Below, piece after piece: positions 34,032 to 44,305 of a stretch of DNA of 64,000 nucleotides. Numbering within the stretch: the first letter of the stretch is position 1; the number at the start of each line of letters is the position of its first letter. The translations under genes were made by a program, and so were the position numbers. The DNA is from Kofleriaceae bacterium (GTDB taxonomy: Bacteria; Myxococcota_A; Polyangia; Haliangiales; Haliangiaceae), in NCBI GenBank assembly GCA_046597055.1, contig JBKJLC010000293.1, positions 1-64,000 on the forward strand. The letters are read 5' to 3'. A model generated the notes under the pieces. That model was not told where the DNA came from. It ran no database searches and worked only from the letters and a program-made list of their open reading frames with translations.

Positions 34032-35182
34032 AGGAACGACATCATGTAGTCGGGATCCTCGACCGCGCGCGCGGCCGCGGTGGCCTCGAGCGGCGCGAAC
34101 ACATCGACCATCACCGCCAGCTCGTCGGTGCGGGTGGCGCCGATCGACGCCTCGTAGCTACCCGGGTGCGGCCCGTGGGGAATGCCGCCCGGGTGGTGCG
34201 AGATGCTGCCGGGGCCCACGCCCTTGCGCGAGGTGAAGTTGCCGTCGGCGTAGAAGATGATCTCGTCGCACGACGGGTTGCTGTGCGGGTACGGGCACGG
34301 GATCGCGTCGGGCGCGAAGTCGACCAGGCGCGGCACGAAGCTGCAGATCAGCGCGCCCCGGGCGCCGAAGGTGCCGTGCCAGGTCGGCGGCAGGTGCACC
34401 GACGACACCCGCGGCTGGAACGCCAGGATCGGGAACACCCACGGATACACGGTGCCGTCCCAGCCGACGACATCGAGCGGCGAGGTGTCCATGGTGAAGC
34501 CGTGCCAGCGCCCGCCGCGCTTCACGACCAGGTCGCGCACGCCATCGTCGAACGGCGCGGCCAGGACCGGCCGCCGGAAGTCGCGATGGCTGTAGGGCGC
34601 GTCCATCCGCAGCTGGCCGACCCCGTTGCGCCACTGCTTGAGGAGGTGGAGGTCGTCGAGCTCGAACCACAGCCAGTGCTGCGGCCCGGCGTCGGGCAGG
34701 AACCGGTGCATGAGCGAGCGCGGCACCGCGACGTAGTCGCCCTGCGTGAAGGCCAGGTCGCCGAGCTGGCTGCGGAGCACGCCGCCGCCCTGGTGGACGT
34801 AGATCAGCAGGTCGCCGTCGCCGTCGGCGACCCACACCGGATCGGCCGCGTCGGGATAGGCGACGCCGGTGGTGAGGAGCCCGTTCCACAGGAGCGGCAC
34901 GAACGCGTCGACCGGGGCCCCGCCCTTGCGATCGATGCTCTGCGCCCGGTAGTGGCGCTTGGCCAGGGCGCGATCGCCCTCGGAGCCATGCGGCGCGGCC
35001 CAGCCGTGGCGGGCCGGCGCCGGCCGTTGCAGGTGCGGGCGGCGCAGGTGATAGAGGATCGTGTAGGGGCCGTCGAAGCCGTCGCGCGTGAAGCACTCCT
35101 CGAAGCGCAGCTCGCCGCCCGGGCCGCGCAGCTGGACGTGGTGCTTCCTGGCGACCTCGCCCTGCTGGACGCGGTCGAGCAT
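34028..35182 (-). CDS. hmgA: Homogentisate 1,2-dioxygenase
   Basis: PLDVVGWDG, HLPP, CSFVPR, PYPHSN, HPGGIPHGPHPG. Confidence 0.93.
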   Translation of the reverse strand: MLDRVQQGEVARKHHVQLRGPGGELRFEECFTRDGFDGPYTILYHLRRPHLQRPAPARHGWAAPHGSEGDRALAKRHYRAQSIDRKGGAPVDAFVPLLWNGLLTTGVAYPDAADPVWVADGDGDLLIYVHQGGGVLRSQLGDLAFTQGDYVAVPRSLMHRFLPDAGPQHWLWFELDDLHLLKQWRNGVGQLRMDAPYSHRDFRRPVLAAPFDDGVRDLVVKRGGRWHGFTMDTSPLDVVGWDGTVYPWVFPILAFQPRVSSVHLPPTWHGTFGARGALICSFVPRLVDFAPDAIPCPYPHSNPSCDEIIFYADGNFTSRKGVGPGSISHHPGGIPHGPHPGSYEASIGATRTDELAVMVDVFAPLEATAAARAVEDPDYMMSFL

Positions 35183-36339
35183 CAGACCGCTCCGCGCTCG
35201 CGCTGCTCGCGCTCGATGCTCTCGAACAGCGCGCGGAAGTTGCCGGCGCCGAAGCCGCGGTCGCCCTTGCGCTGGATGATCTCGTAGAAGAACGGCCCGG
35301 CCGCCTTGTCTCCGTAGAGGCCCGACGCCTCCTTCAGGAAGATCTGCAGCATGTACGCGTGGTGGTGATCGCCGTCGATCAGCACCTCGAGCTCGCGCAG
35401 CGTGGCGAGATCCTCGTCGATCACGTCGATGCCGGTCTGCTTGATGCGCTCGGGCAACATCTCGTAGTACGTGCCCGGGGTCGGCATGAACGACACGCCG
35501 CGCTCGCGCAGGCCGCGCACGCCGCCGAGGATGTCCTTGATCGCGAGCGCGACGTGCTGCACGCCGTCGCCGCCGAGCTCCTCGTTGAAGATGTTGATCT
35601 GCGACGACTTGAAGAACGGCCGCGCCGGCTCGTTGTTGGCGAAGCGGACGCCGCTGGCCGGGTCCCACATGACGATCGACTTGAGCCCGGAGCCGTGCTG
35701 ACGCGCCGGCTCGACGTCGCTGGTGTGGAACTCGACCTTCCACATCTGCTCGAGGCCGAGCACGTGCTCCATCCACAGGAGCGCCGGCTTCATGGTCTGG
35801 AAGTTCGAGGTGACGTGGTCGATCGCCTCGAAGCCGAACCGGTTCGACGGGCCGGTCGGCGCGACCGCGATCGCGCCCGGATACAACGACGCGTAGCCGC
35901 GCCGCTCGCGGAAGCGGAACGTGGTGTCGCCGAACGGGGTCGTGATCGAGAACTGGCGCAGGGTGCCGTGATCGTCGGTGTAGGTCTGCACCTCGTCGAT
36001 CGGCGTGCCGCCGCGCTCCTCGAGCAGCGCGAACGCGCGGGCGGCGTCCTCGACCTCGAACACCAGCGTGCCGACCCCGTCGGGGTGGCGACCGAGGAAG
36101 CGGGCGGCCCGACTCGACGCCGGCAGCCCCGGCAGCGGCGACGAGCACACGATCGTGCAGTCGGCCGCGGTGAACGCGACCGAGCGCTGGCGACCGGCCA
36201 GCTCGAGCTCGGGCGACGACCGCCAGCTCTCCGCGAAGTCCATGCGGTCGACGTAGAAGCGGCGGCTCCGGTCGAGGTCGCGGACGTAGTAATGGATACC
36301 TTCGATGCGCTTGATGCCGAGCGGCGCGAGCGGGACCAT
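35182..36339 (-). CDS. hppD: 4-hydroxyphenylpyruvate dioxygenase
   Basis: IDHV, NEP, GVQHVAL, LQIF, FYEIIQRKG..GFGAGNFRALFESIE; GGAGG RBS. Confidence 0.93.
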   Translation of the reverse strand: MVPLAPLGIKRIEGIHYYVRDLDRSRRFYVDRMDFAESWRSSPELELAGRQRSVAFTAADCTIVCSSPLPGLPASSRAARFLGRHPDGVGTLVFEVEDAARAFALLEERGGTPIDEVQTYTDDHGTLRQFSITTPFGDTTFRFRERRGYASLYPGAIAVAPTGPSNRFGFEAIDHVTSNFQTMKPALLWMEHVLGLEQMWKVEFHTSDVEPARQHGSGLKSIVMWDPASGVRFANNEPARPFFKSSQINIFNEELGGDGVQHVALAIKDILGGVRGLRERGVSFMPTPGTYYEMLPERIKQTGIDVIDEDLATLRELEVLIDGDHHHAYMLQIFLKEASGLYGDKAAGPFFYEIIQRKGDRGFGAGNFRALFESIEREQRERGAV

Positions 36340-36358
36340 GGCTTCCTCCGTGGAGACG

Positions 36359-37039
36359 TCAGACCCGGGCGACGACGGCGTCGGGCTGCTGATCGGGGTG
36401 CGCGGCGGGGAACGCCGGGAGCTGGTTGCACGCGGCCTCGATCGCGGCGAGCCGCGCGAAGCCACCGGGGTCGACGCCAAACCGGCGCGCCGAGTAGAGC
36501 TGCGGGATGAGGCAGCAGTCGGCGAGGGACGGCGCGTCGCCGACCGAGAACCGGCCGGCGGTGGGCGCGACCGCGGCCTCGAGCGCGGCCAGGCCCGAGC
36601 GGATGAAGCCCTGGACCCAGACCGTGTCGTCGCCGCCGAGCGCGACCACCGCGCGGGTCGTGGTGAGGTTCTGCAGCGGCTGGATCCCGGAGTTGACGAT
36701 CTCGGCGAGCGCGCGCGCGTGGGCGCGGCGCTCGAGCTCGCGCGGCAGGAGCGGACCGGTACCGGCCGTGGGCCAGCGCTCGTCCAGGTACTCGATGATC
36801 GGCAGCGACTGGCTCAGGAAGTGGACGCGGCCGTCGCCCTCGACGACCTCGAGCGTGGGGACCTGCGCCATCGGGTTGTGGGCGCGGTAGCCGGCGTCGT
36901 GCTGACCGCCGCCGCCGGCGACGCCGCCCTTGACGATGTCGACCGTGACGTAGTCCCAGGCCAGGCCCTTGAGGCCGAGCGCGATCCGCACCCGGTAGCT
37001 CGCCGAGCTGCGCCAGTAGTTGTGGAGGCGGAGGTTCAT
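36359..37039 (-). CDS. maiA: Maleylacetoacetate isomerase (GST zeta)
   Basis: YWRSSASYRVRIAL, SGIQPLQN, ADCCLIPQ, AHP..QPD. Confidence 0.93.
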   Translation of the reverse strand: MNLRLHNYWRSSASYRVRIALGLKGLAWDYVTVDIVKGGVAGGGGQHDAGYRAHNPMAQVPTLEVVEGDGRVHFLSQSLPIIEYLDERWPTAGTGPLLPRELERRAHARALAEIVNSGIQPLQNLTTTRAVVALGGDDTVWVQGFIRSGLAALEAAVAPTAGRFSVGDAPSLADCCLIPQLYSARRFGVDPGGFARLAAIEAACNQLPAFPAAHPDQQPDAVVARV

Positions 37040-38037
37040 GCCGGCACCTTGACCGCCGCGTCGGGGCCGACCACGCGCTGGCGGATGGTGCCGAACGGGT
37101 TCACGCCGCCCTCGAGCACCGCCTCGATCTCGATGGTGTCGCCGACCTTCATGAACGGCGTGGTCGGCTTGCCGTTGTCGATGGTCTCGATCATCCGACG
37201 CTCGGCCAGGCACGACACCCCGCGCGCGCGCTCGGCGTTCGACACCGTGCCGCTGCCGACGATGGTCCCCGCGGTGAACCGCCGGGTCTTCGCCAGGTGC
37301 TGGACGAGATCATGGAAGGAGAAGTGCATCTCGGGGCCGGCGTCGCAGTCGCCGATCAGCTTGCCGTTGTGGGTCGAGCGGATGCGGGCCTGCAGGCGGC
37401 CGCCGTGCCAGGCCGGACCCAGCTCGTCGGGGGTGACGGCGAACGGCGAGAAGGCGGTCGCCGGCTTGGACTGGAAGAAGCCGAAGCCCTTGGCCAGCTC
37501 GGTCGGCACCAGGTTGCGCAGCGTGAGGTCGTTGGCGAGCATCACCAGGCGCACGTGGCGGGCGGCGGCGGCGGCCTTGGTGCCGAGCGGCACGTCGCCG
37601 AGCACGACCACGACCTCGGACTCGTAGTCGAGGCCCCAGGCCGGATCGTGCAGCACGACCGGCTCGCGCGGCCCGAGCATGTCCCCGGAGCCACCCTGAT
37701 AGATGAGGGGGTCCGAGCGCAGCGTGTCGGGCGGCTCGGCGCCGCGCGCCTTGCGGACGAGGATGACGTGGTTGAGGTACGCCGAGCCGTCGATCCACTC
37801 GTACGCGCGCGGCAAGGGCGCCATCAGCCGCTCGACGTCGATCGCCATGCCGACCACGTCGTGGCGGTCTAGCTCGCCGGCGAGCTGGGTCAGCGCCGGC
37901 AGCGCCTCGTCCCAGTTATCCAGCGCGCCCTGGAGGTTGATCCAGGGGGCGGGGGCAGGTGCGGCGGCCTGGCCGTCGCTTCGGACGACCAGCAGCCGGC
38001 CATCGCGGGATCCGTCGCGGAGCGTCGCCAGCTTCAT
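37036..38037 (-). CDS. fahA: Fumarylacetoacetate hydrolase family protein
   Basis: MKLATL..G.RDG, DGSAYLNH, LRNL.P.EL.KGFGFFQSKP, GSGTVSN; operon context. Confidence 0.88.
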   Translation of the reverse strand: MKLATLRDGSRDGRLLVVRSDGQAAAPAPAPWINLQGALDNWDEALPALTQLAGELDRHDVVGMAIDVERLMAPLPRAYEWIDGSAYLNHVILVRKARGAEPPDTLRSDPLIYQGGSGDMLGPREPVVLHDPAWGLDYESEVVVVLGDVPLGTKAAAAARHVRLVMLANDLTLRNLVPTELAKGFGFFQSKPATAFSPFAVTPDELGPAWHGGRLQARIRSTHNGKLIGDCDAGPEMHFSFHDLVQHLAKTRRFTAGTIVGSGTVSNAERARGVSCLAERRMIETIDNGKPTTPFMKVGDTIEIEAVLEGGVNPFGTIRQRVVGPDAAVKVPA

Positions 38038-38519
38038 CGAGCCGGCACCTTACTCCTCGGCCGGGCGCGCTGCCAACCGCGCCGGGCCCAGGCTCGGGCA
38101 CAGACCGCAAACAAAAACAGCTGGATCAGGCGGCGGCGCGCAGCCACACCAGGCGCGGCCGCGAGCACGCGCTCAGCAGCTCGCGAAGGTCGCCGACCTG
38201 AGCGGCCACCGGCGGCTCGGGATGGCGATCGGTGCGGGGGCGTGACGTCAGAGATGCCATGGCGGCGAGGATGTGGTCGGGCTGGATGGTGCGCATGAGG
38301 ATCTCGGGGCGGGCTGCAGGAGGAAGCGGGGCGGTATCTACGCCCGCGTTCTCCGCGGCGCAAGTCAGCTGCCGTCGCTTGCCCGTCGGTGCGTCGCGAT
38401 GCCACTGGCGCATCGCGTGGCCGCCCCCGGCAGGTACGCGGAATGTCGCTGGCAACTGCAGGCGCCACCCGGCTGTCTGACCACCTCGAACGTTGGTCAC
38501 CATGTGGGTGCGAGCGCCG

Positions 38520-38715
38520 GCTCCCGGTGCGGCTTGCAGCGGCAGCTCCGGATCGACGATCCCCAGGCGACTCTGTCCGGCTCCCGGACACACCGCTCGC
38601 GCCGGTCACGGTGCCGGAGCCGCGAGCTGCGAGCCGGAGCCGGAGCGGGGCTGCAAGCCGGAGCCGGGAGCGGGGGCTGCAAGCCGGAGCCGGGAGCAAG
38701 CAGCGACTGTAAGCC
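38520..38715. repeat. REP/BIME-like cluster: three tandem ~25-bp units plus an inverted copy
   Basis: GCTGC(A/G)AGCCGGAGCCGG(G)AGC at 38626, 38650 and 38676; inverted GCTCCCGGTGCGGCTTGCAGC at 38520-38540. Confidence 0.75.
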
Positions 38716-38782
38716 CGCGGCTCGCGGCTCGTTCTGAGCCGGTACCGGCGCTGCGCTTCGCGGTGCCCAGGAGGAGCCTGCC

Positions 38783-39676
38783 GTGTCGCCTGCCCCCCGC
38801 TCTCGCGGCCTCGTCGCCGCCCTGCCCGTGGTCCGTCTCGCCGCCGTTGCGGCCCTCGCCATCGCCGCCGCCGGCTGCGCCGCGGCGCACCGGAGCCAGA
38901 TGGCCTCGGCCCCGATGAGCAGCGCCGCCGCAGAGCCGTCGGCCCCGCCGCCCCCGCTCGACCGCTCGGTGTTCTCGCGCGACACCAGCGGCCAGCTCGA
39001 CGAGGACTCGCTCCAGCAGATCCTCGCCGCCCCGATCGAGCTCGATCTGCCGGCGCGGGTTGGCGTCCTGCCGATCATCACCGCGACCGACTGGCGCGGA
39101 CCCAATCCCGACTACGCCAACGTGCCGGCCGGGGTGGCGCCGTTCGTCAAGCGCCTGCGCGGCTCCGAGCCGTTCACCCTCGTCACCGAGATGATGCCGA
39201 TCCCGTCGGGCGCGCTCGGGATGGAGGCGCTGCGCGAGATCAGCGCGCGTTACCGGCTGCGCTACGTGATCCTCTACCGGGAAATCATCACGACCCAGAC
39301 CCGGCACAACCCGTGGGCGTGGGGATACCTGACGATCCTGGGCGCCGCGTTCCTGCCCGGCCAGCAGCACCAGGTCCACGGCTACCTGGAGGCGAGCCTG
39401 TTCGACGTGAAGACCGGGCTGCTCCTGTTCACCACCCGGCGCGCGGTCAGCGGCGAGCGCCGCTCGAACACCTGGTACCAGGACGACAAGCAGGCGCGGC
39501 TGCGGTCGGCGCTGGTCGGTCGTTTCGGGCCCGACCTCGCCGACGACGTCAAGGCCGACCTCTACCGGTTCGCGGCGGCCGCCCAGGTCGAGAACGACCG
39601 GCGGATCGCCAGCACCGGCGGTCCGTCGTCGATGCCGGGGCTGCCGTCCGCCACCGTCGCCACCGACACGCCGTAG
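38783..39676 (+). CDS. Hypothetical lipoprotein
   Basis: AGGAG RBS, GTG start, lipobox AAGC, globular region with GC3-biased codons. Confidence 0.75.
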   Translation: MSPAPRSRGLVAALPVVRLAAVAALAIAAAGCAAAHRSQMASAPMSSAAAEPSAPPPPLDRSVFSRDTSGQLDEDSLQQILAAPIELDLPARVGVLPIITATDWRGPNPDYANVPAGVAPFVKRLRGSEPFTLVTEMMPIPSGALGMEALREISARYRLRYVILYREIITTQTRHNPWAWGYLTILGAAFLPGQQHQVHGYLEASLFDVKTGLLLFTTRRAVSGERRSNTWYQDDKQARLRSALVGRFGPDLADDVKADLYRFAAAAQVENDRRIASTGGPSSMPGLPSATVATDTP

Positions 39677-39733
39677 GCCGGTCCGGACGTGAGCGGTCGC
39701 ACCGGGGCGCCCGCGATCGGGCGCGCCGGGTGG

Positions 39734-40426
39734 TCAGTCGCGGCCGTACCCGGTGTGGCTCGGCCGGGCCGCGACCGCGCCCTGCAGGTAGCGCTGGAAC
39801 GGGACCCGACGCCCGGCGTTGACGCGCCAGAACGCGAGCAGCTGGCCCTCGCGGAGGAAGGCCAGGCCGACGTCGCCCGCGGTGAGGGCCTGGGCCAGGC
39901 CGGCGGTGGTGACCACCGCGTGCGCGGCGCCGGTGGCGAGCCGCAGCCGGATCCGCACCTCGGCCCCGCCCGCCGGGTTCGGGTCGAACGCGCCCTCGAA
40001 CATCGCGACCGAGCGCACGACCAGCGCGCGCCGGTGGTAGGTCTGGCGGCCGAAGCCCACCCCGGCCGCCGCCCAGGCCACGCCCGCCAGCGCGGCCAGC
40101 ACCCCCACCGTGGACAGGCCGAGCGCGGCCAGCGCGCTGACGGCCGCCAGGATGCCGACGCCGGTCATGACGGCGGCGAGATCGTAGGCGCTCGCCGGCG
40201 GCGCGTAGAGACCGAGCTCGGACATGCGCAAGAATTCCGGGTGATGGGCGACCTGCCGCATGCGCGCGAGGTCGTGGTCGCGGAGATTGGTGCCACGCGC
40301 CAGCTGGGGCGGCTGCCCGGACGCGGTCTCGCCGACCCCGGACGACGAGGTCGCGCTGAACCGCCCGGTGACGACACGGTCCGACCGCATCACCTCGGGG
40401 ACGGGCGGGCGAGACGTGCTGGGCAT
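39734..40426 (-). CDS. Hypothetical membrane protein (2 TM)
   Basis: Two hydrophobic helices; start uncertain. Confidence 0.55.
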   Translation of the reverse strand: MPSTSRPPVPEVMRSDRVVTGRFSATSSSGVGETASGQPPQLARGTNLRDHDLARMRQVAHHPEFLRMSELGLYAPPASAYDLAAVMTGVGILAAVSALAALGLSTVGVLAALAGVAWAAAGVGFGRQTYHRRALVVRSVAMFEGAFDPNPAGGAEVRIRLRLATGAAHAVVTTAGLAQALTAGDVGLAFLREGQLLAFWRVNAGRRVPFQRYLQGAVAARPSHTGYGRD

Positions 40427-40603
40427 ACCGGGTCGACGGAGGTCCCGCGGCGTCTTCCCGCGCAACGCCGCGAGTGCCAGCTTCTGCCGCCCATGACCAC
40501 CGGCCGTGGGCCCGATCGCACGCGCACGCACGCGCGCACGGCGCGGCTCGGTCGGCGCTCCGCCGGTACCGCCGAGTCGGGCGGGCGTCCCTGATCCGGG
40601 AAG

Positions 40604-43588
40604 TCAGGGCGCGGGCAGCCGCTCGAACAGCACGACGCTCGCGGCCCAGCTGGCGGGATCGCGGGCGACGTAGGCGGCGCGCAGCGCGGCGAGCGCGACC
40701 GCGGGCGCCTCGCCGGCCGAGATCCGTCCGCGCAGCTCATCGAAGAACCGGGTCGCCTGATCGTCGGGGATGTCGACGGTCGGCGCCACCACCGCGCGCG
40801 CGCCGGCCTCGACGAACGCATCGGGCAGGCTCCACCGCTTGTGGAGGAAGGGCGCGACCTCGGCGGCGCGACACGCCGCCAGCACGATCACCGGGGCGGC
40901 CGCAAACCGGGCCCGGCGCACCGCCGCCGCGGTCAGCGCCCAGCCACCATCGGCGCCCGGCGACAGCGCGAGGAACGACGCGTCGGCGATGCCGAGGTCG
41001 ACCTTGCCGTGGACGTGCAGCTCGGCGTAGGTCGCGGTGGCCAGCTCGGCGAGCACCCGCGCCGGGGTCGCGTCGGCGCCGCGCAGGGCGATCGCGCCGG
41101 GCGACGCTGGCCGGGGCGCGAGCGCGGGCAGCCCCAGCGCCGGCGGCGGCACCGCGTCGCCGACCACGAGCTCGCGCGGCGCGGCCGCGGTCGCACCCGC
41201 GGCCAACCGCCCCGACGCCCCGGCGACGAACGCCCACGGCAGCTCGACCGGCAGCAGCCCGGCGTGGCCGTGCACCGGCGGTCGCGCGAACACCGCCACC
41301 GACCGGCAGCCGCGCAGCGCCGCCCGCAGCGCCGCGGGCACCAGCGTGGCGTCGTCCCACGCGACCGCGGTGCCGACCTCGGTGTACGCGCCGGTCGCCG
41401 CGCCGTCGGGGCCACGCACGGCGGCGGTGCCGCGGGTGTCGTCGACGCTCACCGCCAGCGCGCACTGCGCCGGCGCCGCCACCCCCAGCTCGCCGGCGAC
41501 CGTGGTCACGACCTCGGCCCACGCACCGCGCCGGCCGGCGTCGTCGACCATCGTCGCGTAGATCCATCCGCGCTGCACGTCGTCGCCGTCGCGGGTCGCC
41601 GCCTGCGCCAGCTGGCGCAGGCGCGCCACCGCGCCCGGGTCCCGCTCGAGGTCGAGGCGCGCGCGCGCGACCTCGCGGGTCAGCCGCACCGCCGGATCGT
41701 CGACCTCCGCGGCCGCCGCCAGCCACAGCTCGGCCCGGGCCCGGTCGGCCGGGCTGCCCGACATGCGCGCGCGATCGACGAACGCGATCAGCTCGAGCGG
41801 GGCCGGATCGACCCCGCAGTCGCGCGGGCCCGGCAGCTCGACCGGGAGCGGCGCCGCGCTGGTGTAGATGTCGGTGAGCGCCAGGCCGATCGTCGCGAAC
41901 CGCGCGGTCGCGCAGACATCGCCGGCGCGGGCGCGCACCTCGGCGAACGTGGCCTGCGCCAGCGCCACTCGATCGCGGCCGCGCTGGTACTCGGCCAGCA
42001 GCCCGAGCGCGTGATCCTCGAGCGAGGGCGCGCCCGCCGCCGCGAAGTCGCGGACCGCGATCACCGCGTGCTCCTCGGCCTCGGGGAAGCGCGCGACCTC
42101 GCCGTAGAGCTGCGCCAGGTCGAGCGCCAGCGCGCCGCACCGGTGCGCCCAGGCCCGGGCGTCGCACCCGGCGAGCCCCGCGCGCAGGTGGGTCTCCGCG
42201 CGATCATCATCGCCGCGGTCGCGCATGTGCCGGGCCTGCTCGCGCACGGCGAGGAGCCCGAACCACGGGTCACCGGTGGCGACGGCGAGCCGGGTGAGGT
42301 CGGCCAGCCGGGTCTGGCTGGCGCCGGTCAGCATGATCGCGCCGAGCAGGAGGTCGGCCACCGCGGGCCCGGCCCGGTCGAGCCTCGCGACCAGCGCGGC
42401 ACCGTCGGCCGGCTGCGCGCGGCCGCGCGCCAGCTCGCGGTAGGCGCCCGCCAAGGGCGCGCGCGTCTGGAAGCTGGCGGCGGCCACGCGGTCGACCGCC
42501 CGCCGCGCGGCGTTGGTGCCGGCCAGGCGGTCGAGCTCGTCGGCGAGCGGGCCCAGCGCGAGCGCCTGGTCCCGGCTGATCGCGGCCCGGAGCGCGTCGT
42601 GGAAGTAGAGGCGGGTCAGCCCCGGCCGCTGCCGGGCGTGCTCGGCGGTGAGCGGCGGACCGGTGCGGTCGATCATCGCCTGGGCGGCGGCGTTGAACGC
42701 GAGCAGCCCCTCCGCGCGCCGGAGCATGGGCGCGCGCAGGCTCTGCGCCCGCGCCCGCGCCTCGTCGGACCAGCCCGGCTCGCCAGCGGCGGCGACCTGG
42801 TCGAGCTCACCGGCGGCGGTCAACGCCAGGCCCAGCTCGCGCAGCGCGAGCCCGCGGTTCCAGCGCGCCGCCACCAGCGTCGGCGCGGCGGCCAGCGCGC
42901 GATCGGCGGCCGCCAGCGCATCCTCGGGACGACCGGCCAGCACCGCGAGCGCGGCCAGATCGGCGTCGCGCGCGGGTGCCGGCGGCATCGCCTCGAGCAC
43001 CTGGCGAGCGCGGGCCAGCTCGCCGCTGGCCGCGTGCGCCGCCAGCAAGCTCGCGCGATCGCCGCGGCGTTCGAGATCGGCGAGCACCTGCAGCGACACG
43101 GCTTCGTGGCTGGCCTGGCTGCGGCTGACCACGTAGGGCCGGTGCCGCGCGAACGGCTCGGCGGTGAACCGGACCTCGACCGCGCGCTGCTCGGCGAGCG
43201 CGAGCGCCAGCGCGGGCGCCTCCACGAACGCGGGCGCCTTGCCCACCGCGGGCTCACGGCCAACCCGGCCCACCAGCAACACGCCCGCCGCCGCCGCCAG
43301 CGCCACCCCGACCAGCGGGACCGCCCGGCGCCAGCGGCCGCTCGCCGCGCGCGGCGCTGGCCGCGTCACGATCGAGGCCGCCGGCGCCATCGCGGCCTTG
43401 CCGGCGAGCACGGTGTCGAGCCCGACCAGATCGCCGAGCTCGTGCTGACAGCGGGTGCAGGTCGCGAGGTGGCGCAGCGCCGCGGCCTCCTGGTCGGGCC
43501 GCAGCTCGCCGTCGAAGTAGCGCGCGACCTGCGCGTGCGGATCGGCGATCGGTTCGCTCATTGGATCGCTCCCGGATCGGTCACTCAT
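40604..43588 (-). CDS. zf-HC2 anti-sigma / TM / TPR-like / CHAT (caspase-like) fusion protein
   Basis: HLATCTRC; hydrophobic helix; ARWNRGLAL; CHAT ELHVHG and VLAAC. Confidence 0.85.
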   Translation of the reverse strand: MSDRSGSDPMSEPIADPHAQVARYFDGELRPDQEAAALRHLATCTRCQHELGDLVGLDTVLAGKAAMAPAASIVTRPAPRAASGRWRRAVPLVGVALAAAAGVLLVGRVGREPAVGKAPAFVEAPALALALAEQRAVEVRFTAEPFARHRPYVVSRSQASHEAVSLQVLADLERRGDRASLLAAHAASGELARARQVLEAMPPAPARDADLAALAVLAGRPEDALAAADRALAAAPTLVAARWNRGLALRELGLALTAAGELDQVAAAGEPGWSDEARARAQSLRAPMLRRAEGLLAFNAAAQAMIDRTGPPLTAEHARQRPGLTRLYFHDALRAAISRDQALALGPLADELDRLAGTNAARRAVDRVAAASFQTRAPLAGAYRELARGRAQPADGAALVARLDRAGPAVADLLLGAIMLTGASQTRLADLTRLAVATGDPWFGLLAVREQARHMRDRGDDDRAETHLRAGLAGCDARAWAHRCGALALDLAQLYGEVARFPEAEEHAVIAVRDFAAAGAPSLEDHALGLLAEYQRGRDRVALAQATFAEVRARAGDVCATARFATIGLALTDIYTSAAPLPVELPGPRDCGVDPAPLELIAFVDRARMSGSPADRARAELWLAAAAEVDDPAVRLTREVARARLDLERDPGAVARLRQLAQAATRDGDDVQRGWIYATMVDDAGRRGAWAEVVTTVAGELGVAAPAQCALAVSVDDTRGTAAVRGPDGAATGAYTEVGTAVAWDDATLVPAALRAALRGCRSVAVFARPPVHGHAGLLPVELPWAFVAGASGRLAAGATAAAPRELVVGDAVPPPALGLPALAPRPASPGAIALRGADATPARVLAELATATYAELHVHGKVDLGIADASFLALSPGADGGWALTAAAVRRARFAAAPVIVLAACRAAEVAPFLHKRWSLPDAFVEAGARAVVAPTVDIPDDQATRFFDELRGRISAGEAPAVALAALRAAYVARDPASWAASVVLFERLPAP

Positions 43589-44147
43589 CGCCCTGCCCTC
43601 CGCCGAGGGTCGCGCGGAGCCGACGCCGCGCGCGCAGCACCCGGGTCCCGACCGTCGCGATCGGCACGCCCAGCTCGTCGGCGATCTCCTGGTACGACCG
43701 GCCGTCGAAGGCGAACCGCTCGAACGCGAGCCGCAGCTCGGCGGGCAGCCCGGGGAGCGCCGCGCGCACGTCCTCGGTGCTGAGCGACTCCCACCAGGCG
43801 CGGTCGTCGGGCGGCGCGGTCACCGGCATGCGATCGTCGAGCTCGGTGGTCGGCACCTCGCGCTTGCGGACCCGGTCGATGAAGAGGTTGTGCATCACCC
43901 GAGCCATCCAGGCGGCGTGGTTGACGTCGGGCGGCAGCCGATCGTGGTGGGCCACCGCCTTGAGGAGCACGTCCTGCACGAGGTCATCGGCGTCGAACCC
44001 GGACCGGCACAGCTTGCGGGCCAGGCCGGTGAGAAAGGCGCGGTGGGCCCGGGCGAGCTCCTCGAGGCGTCGGCGATCGCGGGCGGCATCCAGCGACGTA
44101 ACGGACGCGCGGTCGGTTTCTTCCTGGGGCGCCTCGGAATTCCGCAT
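43581..44147 (-). CDS. ECF sigma-70 factor
   Basis: DADDLVQDV, NLFID..RKR, SYQEIA.ELGVPIATV.TR..RAR. Confidence 0.92.
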   Translation of the reverse strand: MRNSEAPQEETDRASVTSLDAARDRRRLEELARAHRAFLTGLARKLCRSGFDADDLVQDVLLKAVAHHDRLPPDVNHAAWMARVMHNLFIDRVRKREVPTTELDDRMPVTAPPDDRAWWESLSTEDVRAALPGLPAELRLAFERFAFDGRSYQEIADELGVPIATVGTRVLRARRRLRATLGGGQGDE

Positions 44148-44305
44148 CAAATCGTCTGGATCCTGACCGCCCCAGCATAGACGGCCCGGGCGGGAACCGC
44201 CGCATCCGAACGCCACGTGCCCGGGTCTCCCGAGGAGAGCACGGACTTACCATCCCGTGCCGGGACCTCGGGACCGCGCCCGGCAGGTAAGGGCCCGACT
44301 TCGCC

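Noticed and set aside
38626..38715. Possible CRISPR array
   Set aside because: Units are directly tandem without unique spacers; no cas genes.
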